Shown piece after piece: positions 60,138 to 64,000 of a stretch of 64,000 nucleotides of DNA (within the stretch, counting starts at the first letter, position 1; every line of letters starts with the position of its first letter). Position numbers and translations under genes: made by a program. The notes beneath the pieces are model-generated. The model was given only the letters and a program-made list of their open reading frames with translations. It was not told the origin of the DNA and searched no databases. Source of the stretch: Promethearchaeota archaeon (GTDB taxonomy: Archaea; Asgardarchaeota; Heimdallarchaeia; Hodarchaeales; Hodarchaeaceae); contig JBHLMN010000015.1 of the NCBI GenBank assembly GCA_048938105.1, positions 97,771 to 161,770 on the forward strand, read 5' to 3'.

Positions 60138-60677
60138 ATGGGTGAGTATAAAGAAAAGATCAAAAAACATTTCTGGACTTTAGTTTGTTCCTCAGTCAGT
60201 AAGATGGATGATAAGGAGGCTTATAGGGAAAAATATGAACCAGTATTCAAAATAAATTCAAAAGAAGCATTCAAACTAGTTGAAGATCCTTTTTGGACAA
60301 CATTATATTCTTTAACAAGAGAAATAAAGGATCCAAACGAATTGAGGAAACACTTGGAACCAGTAGTCCAAATTGAAGTAGGGAAAGTCAGAGACCACAT
60401 CTGGAAATTATTAATTCTCTCTGTAAGTGAAACTTGCGATGAGAATACTTTTAGGGAAAATTTTGAACCATTATTCAAGATAAATTCAAAAGAAGCAGTC
60501 AATATTGTAGAAGACCACCTGTGGACAATACTATATTCATTGACAAGAAAAATACAACAACCGAAAGAATTGAGCAAAGAATTAGAGTCAATAGTCCAAA
60601 TTGATGTTAAACGTGCTGCTGAAGCAATTAAAGAAGATAATCCTGAGAAATACGAGTTCTTACAGATATACAAATAA
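60138..60677 (+). CDS. Hypothetical helical repeat protein (2x76 aa = 4x38 aa)
   Basis: FKINSKEA recurs at a 228-bp interval. Confidence 0.7.
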   Translation: MGEYKEKIKKHFWTLVCSSVSKMDDKEAYREKYEPVFKINSKEAFKLVEDPFWTTLYSLTREIKDPNELRKHLEPVVQIEVGKVRDHIWKLLILSVSETCDENTFRENFEPLFKINSKEAVNIVEDHLWTILYSLTRKIQQPKELSKELESIVQIDVKRAAEAIKEDNPEKYEFLQIYK

Positions 60678-61018
60678 AGTAATGAGTTTAAGTAAATAGT
60701 CATCTCTTATTAACTTATAGTGAATCAAATAATCTCATAACCACTCCCATGGTTAAGAGGAAAAAGAAGGTAGATGTTTGAGATTCTTGAGAGAATTAAT
60801 TGATAACTTGTTTAATTTCTTCTTTAACAAACGTTATGCTCACAAAAATCTTTATATTTTTTTATATAGTCTGAATGTCGTTTAACTTTAAATTATGAAA
60901 TTTTCTTTCCATACTTTTTACTAATAAATTAGATGAAAATTTTAAATTATGGAGAGAAATAAGGGTAGCTCTAAAGCAGACCAAACCATCAGCTTTCAAG
61001 ACCAAGAGCGTGAGCCTC

Positions 61019-61612
61019 TTAAAGTGTGGTAACCTTTGAAACAAATTTATTGTCTTTTATGTAAAATCGTAAGAGATGCTCCTTTCCTTTACGGATACCC
61101 ACTCTTGGAGCTTCGACAATAATGACCTTCTCATCTGAATTTTCAATAAATAAAAAATTGTTTCCTGATAAATCTAACCCATTGTGATTTATGTCTATTC
61201 CAAAAGCTTCTGTTACCTTTCCAGGGCCATTTGTAAGATTTGTTATTTCCTTTGTACATCTATTTCTCTTCATCATATTAATCCCTTTCAAAGGTTCTAA
61301 TGCTCTTATTAAAACAGAACTGGGAAAACCTATTTTCTCTGTGACAACATCCAACAACCAATTTGTTCCATAAGCAAGATAAACATAAGCTGTTCCTGGA
61401 TTTTTATATAAAATGATATTCCTTTTGGTAATTTTCTTACCATAAGCATGTGATGCAGGATCAGACCATCCAAAGTACGCCTCTGTTTCCACTATTTTCC
61501 CTTTATAGGTTCCTTCAGAGGTTTTATGAATTAAAATTTTTCCTAATAACTCTTTTGCAACAATTTTACTTTCTCGCGCATAAAAAGCTCTAGGGAGTAT
61601 CATGAAGACCAC
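61019..61612 (-). CDS. mpg: DNA-3-methyladenine glycosylase (MPG/AAG family)
   Basis: IVETEAY, DPASH, YVYLAYG, VLIRA, NGPGK, PRVGI. Confidence 0.93.
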   Translation of the reverse strand: MVFMILPRAFYARESKIVAKELLGKILIHKTSEGTYKGKIVETEAYFGWSDPASHAYGKKITKRNIILYKNPGTAYVYLAYGTNWLLDVVTEKIGFPSSVLIRALEPLKGINMMKRNRCTKEITNLTNGPGKVTEAFGIDINHNGLDLSGNNFLFIENSDEKVIIVEAPRVGIRKGKEHLLRFYIKDNKFVSKVTTL

Positions 61613-62313
61613 TCAAATATTAAACAGGAACACTTGGAAGTTAATAAAAGCTACCTCTAAGTGAGAATATCTTTCTATTCCTTATCAAAGATTAATTGTA
61701 GGTCATTGATTACTTCTTCATTGTCTCTCACAGACAATCTTAGTTTTTATTTGACTAGGATTAATTTGTTTTGGTCTTTCAACTTTATATATGACAGATG
61801 TGCAATAATCAACTAAAAAATAATGATACAGAAATAATTTTTAAAATAACATCAAAAAATAACTATGTTCTTCACTTCTTCTTTGATATACCTACATATG
61901 ATTTAACTTTACTTACCAATTCTAATCAAAGAATTTAATGACAGAGCGAACCTTTAATGAGCCTTTTGGATCCCTGTTCGAAGTGATGTTAAAGAAATTA
62001 TGTACATCTTTTTAAGAAAATAGCTCCTGTTCACTAGCTATTTCGATATTTCTGTTCAGAAAATAGAGGCTATTATTATATCTCCCCCAAATGCCTTCTG
62101 ATCTTCAACACAGCCACTGAGGGTTAATATTATTCCAAGAAGAATAATTATGAATATTATTGTTCGTAAATTAACTTTCCTCATTCTTTATCAACTCCTT
62201 TCTTGGGAATTCAATGAAAGTACAGTAACGGAAGAGGTGTTATATAAATTTATGTAAGATGAGAAGAAAATGAATAACAATTACTTGAGTTAAATTAATG
62301 CACCTTTTTTTTG

Positions 62314-62874
62314 TTATTCTTGCTTCTTTTTTGGTAAGCCCACATATCTGGGAGTTTTTTTCAAATATTCTTGGTAAGATTCGCCGTATTTGTTAGCTAA
62401 AAAATCCTCCTCTTGCAAAACGAACCAATGGAGTAAGAATATTGTGATGATGAGATAAACGAGGAAAAGGATGCATATTGATTCGGACCAGCCATTCAAA
62501 GTTAAATCCAGAAAGAAGATTATCCATCCAATGTAATTTGGATTTCTTGTATAACGCTGGATTCCTGTCATTGTGAGTCCAGATTGGTTTGCAAACGAAT
62601 AGAATGCCAGTCCCACTATGATTAATCCTATAATAGAGAACATTAAACCTAGGTACAGCAATATCCCATTACTAATTGGGACAAAAAGACTTATTACAAA
62701 CCCACCGATGATCCATATCATTGCTGGAATAAGAATCCTTTTTTGAGATGCAAGTTCTGGGTCTTCAAAAGGTTCTCCCCTTTTTTTTTCAGCCCACATT
62801 CGTAATGGATAGGCGATGGCATAACCAGCAATATAGAACAGGCATAAATTAATAAAGCTTGACATTTTTTTCAC
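62314..62874 (-). CDS. Isoprenylcysteine carboxyl methyltransferase/PEMT-family membrane methyltransferase
   Basis: YTRNPNYIG, EE..L..KYGESYQEY...TPRY. Confidence 0.85.
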   Translation of the reverse strand: MKKMSSFINLCLFYIAGYAIAYPLRMWAEKKRGEPFEDPELASQKRILIPAMIWIIGGFVISLFVPISNGILLYLGLMFSIIGLIIVGLAFYSFANQSGLTMTGIQRYTRNPNYIGWIIFFLDLTLNGWSESICILFLVYLIITIFLLHWFVLQEEDFLANKYGESYQEYLKKTPRYVGLPKKKQE

Positions 62875-63235
62875 AGAACTCCGTAATGCAAATTGAAACC
62901 TTATTCTCTTATTTAAATATTCTTTTTAACAAACTAGGTTTATCAACATAAAACATAGAAAAGAGAACCGAAATATAAATGAAAGGAGTCAAGAATCTAT
63001 ACCAAGCTAAGGAACAATAAACAAAGCTACTATCATCGTAATCATCGTAAGGGTAAATTCTTAAACACAAACTGTTAGAACTAATCCAAAGGATCGATGA
63101 AGAGGCTAGAAAGAGAGAAAATAAAATCCCCTTCCAGAGAAAGAAAGGCGGAAAAAACCGAGAACAACGAAAACAGTTCCGACAAAATAACAGAATAAAC
63201 ATCAAGACGAGAGAGAGCGGAAAAACGAGCCCCAA

Positions 63236-63365
63236 TGAACCTTGATCTTTTCCATTATTTTTCTGAATTACCTCAATACTAAGTCGTAATGCCTCTTCAC
63301 ACTTCCCTTTGGACAATAAAATTAACCCTTTAACTCTTAAACCTTGTAATATATCTTTCGCTAAA
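63236..63365 (-). pseudogene. TPR-like gene fragment
   Basis: Minus strand reads LAKDILQGLRVKGLILLSKGKCEEALRLSIEVI, then runs into a low-complexity tract. Confidence 0.4.
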
Positions 63366-63434
63366 GAGAGAATTAAATATTAATTGAGAACATAAATTAT
63401 TATTTTCTAAAGAATTCTCTGTGAATGTGGTATT

Positions 63435-64000
63435 TTGAGCGAATTAACAGCAATATATACATTAATTGTCGTGATTTTTGCTGGTGTATTAGTCGGCCGA
63501 GCCGCGGAAATATATAAATTTCCTAAGACAATCCCATTAATACTCACAGGGTTGGCTTTAACTTTTTTGGTAGCTTACACCGATTTTACTCTTGAATTGG
63601 ATGTAATACGAGATACAACACTACTTGTGGCTGAACTGGCACTGATTATTATACTCTTTAAAGAGGGAATGCATACCAACATTGTGGCTTTAAGAAGATG
63701 GTTTCTTCCTATTCTGTTACTAGCATTCTTTGGTACTTTTTTAACAGCCTTTCTTGTTGGAGTTTCTATCGAATTGTTTCATTTCGCTTCCATTACCTTT
63801 TTAGCAGCATTATTAGTTGGTGCAACTATTTCACCAACAGATCCAGCAGCTACTTTTTCTATTCTCCGTGGAGGAGGAACCCGAGTCAAGGAACAAATAG
63901 AAACGATTTTAGGAGGAGAAAGTGCTTTTAATGATGTAATTGCGATTCTTCTTGTCGTAATAATTTTTGTTCCTCAATTAATTGAGGGAAAAGGGCAGGT
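63435..64000 (+). CDS. Cation:proton antiporter (CPA1/NhaP), truncated by the window end
   Basis: TTG start; ILFKEG, SPTDPAATFSIL, GESAFNDV; missed by the ORF track because there is no stop in the window. Confidence 0.9.
   Translation, partial: MSELTAIYTLIVVIFAGVLVGRAAEIYKFPKTIPLILTGLALTFLVAYTDFTLELDVIRDTTLLVAELALIIILFKEGMHTNIVALRRWFLPILLLAFFGTFLTAFLVGVSIELFHFASITFLAALLVGATISPTDPAATFSILRGGGTRVKEQIETILGGESAFNDVIAILLVVIIFVPQLIEGKGQ

Noticed and set aside
62314-62874. ICMT-like gene as evidence for CAAX processing of the GTPases
   Set aside because: The family is widespread in prokaryotes, the gene lies in accessory DNA, and neither GTPase has a C-terminal Cys motif
62909-63316. 135-aa hydrophobic ORF as an intact gene
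   Set aside because: Chimera of a TPR fragment and the antisense of an A/G-rich tract
1-64000. CRISPR array or rRNA genes
   Set aside because: No regularly spaced repeat-spacer units or rRNA-like conserved sequence seen

Overview
AT-rich archaeal chromosomal DNA, most likely from an Asgard archaeon (Heimdallarchaeia/Hodarchaeales-like). The evidence is archaeal rps30e, rps2 and rpoN, an intron-containing tRNA-Gln, and a ~20 kb cluster of eukaryotic-signature genes. Layout: (1) 1-7.6 kb: housekeeping and metabolic genes (rps30e, deoC-aor, a HipA/PI-kinase-like protein, metG with a structured leader). (2) ~7.8-15 kb: an accessory island anchored at the 3' end of a GNAT gene. It carries an RHH regulator, a roadblock pair, two polymorphic copies of a hydrophobic-ORF + Zn-finger membrane-protein cassette, and an SCP2 gene followed by a 10-Cys hairpin precursor. 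(3) 16.5-37 kb: a ubiquitin-ESCRT supercluster (E2, RING, Arf-like GTPase, KaiC-like ATPase, ubiquitin, E1, Yip1, PAP2 phosphatase, longin-Rab GTPase, Vps23, Vps28, Vps22/36, two ESCRT-III genes, Vps4, Vps25), interrupted by a solo tnpB. (4) rps2-rpoN-tRNA-Gln-rimK. (5) 39-64 kb: a mostly accessory region (beta-propeller, second tnpB, RadA paralog, TPR proteins, histidine kinase and others). Top candidate novelty: a 449-aa protein convergent with vps28 that joins a FYVE-like Zn finger, a coiled coil, a PH-like domain and a C-terminal steadiness-box-like hairpin. It may be a membrane-targeting third (Vps37-like) ESCRT-I subunit. All assignments come from reading motifs by eye; no database searches were run.
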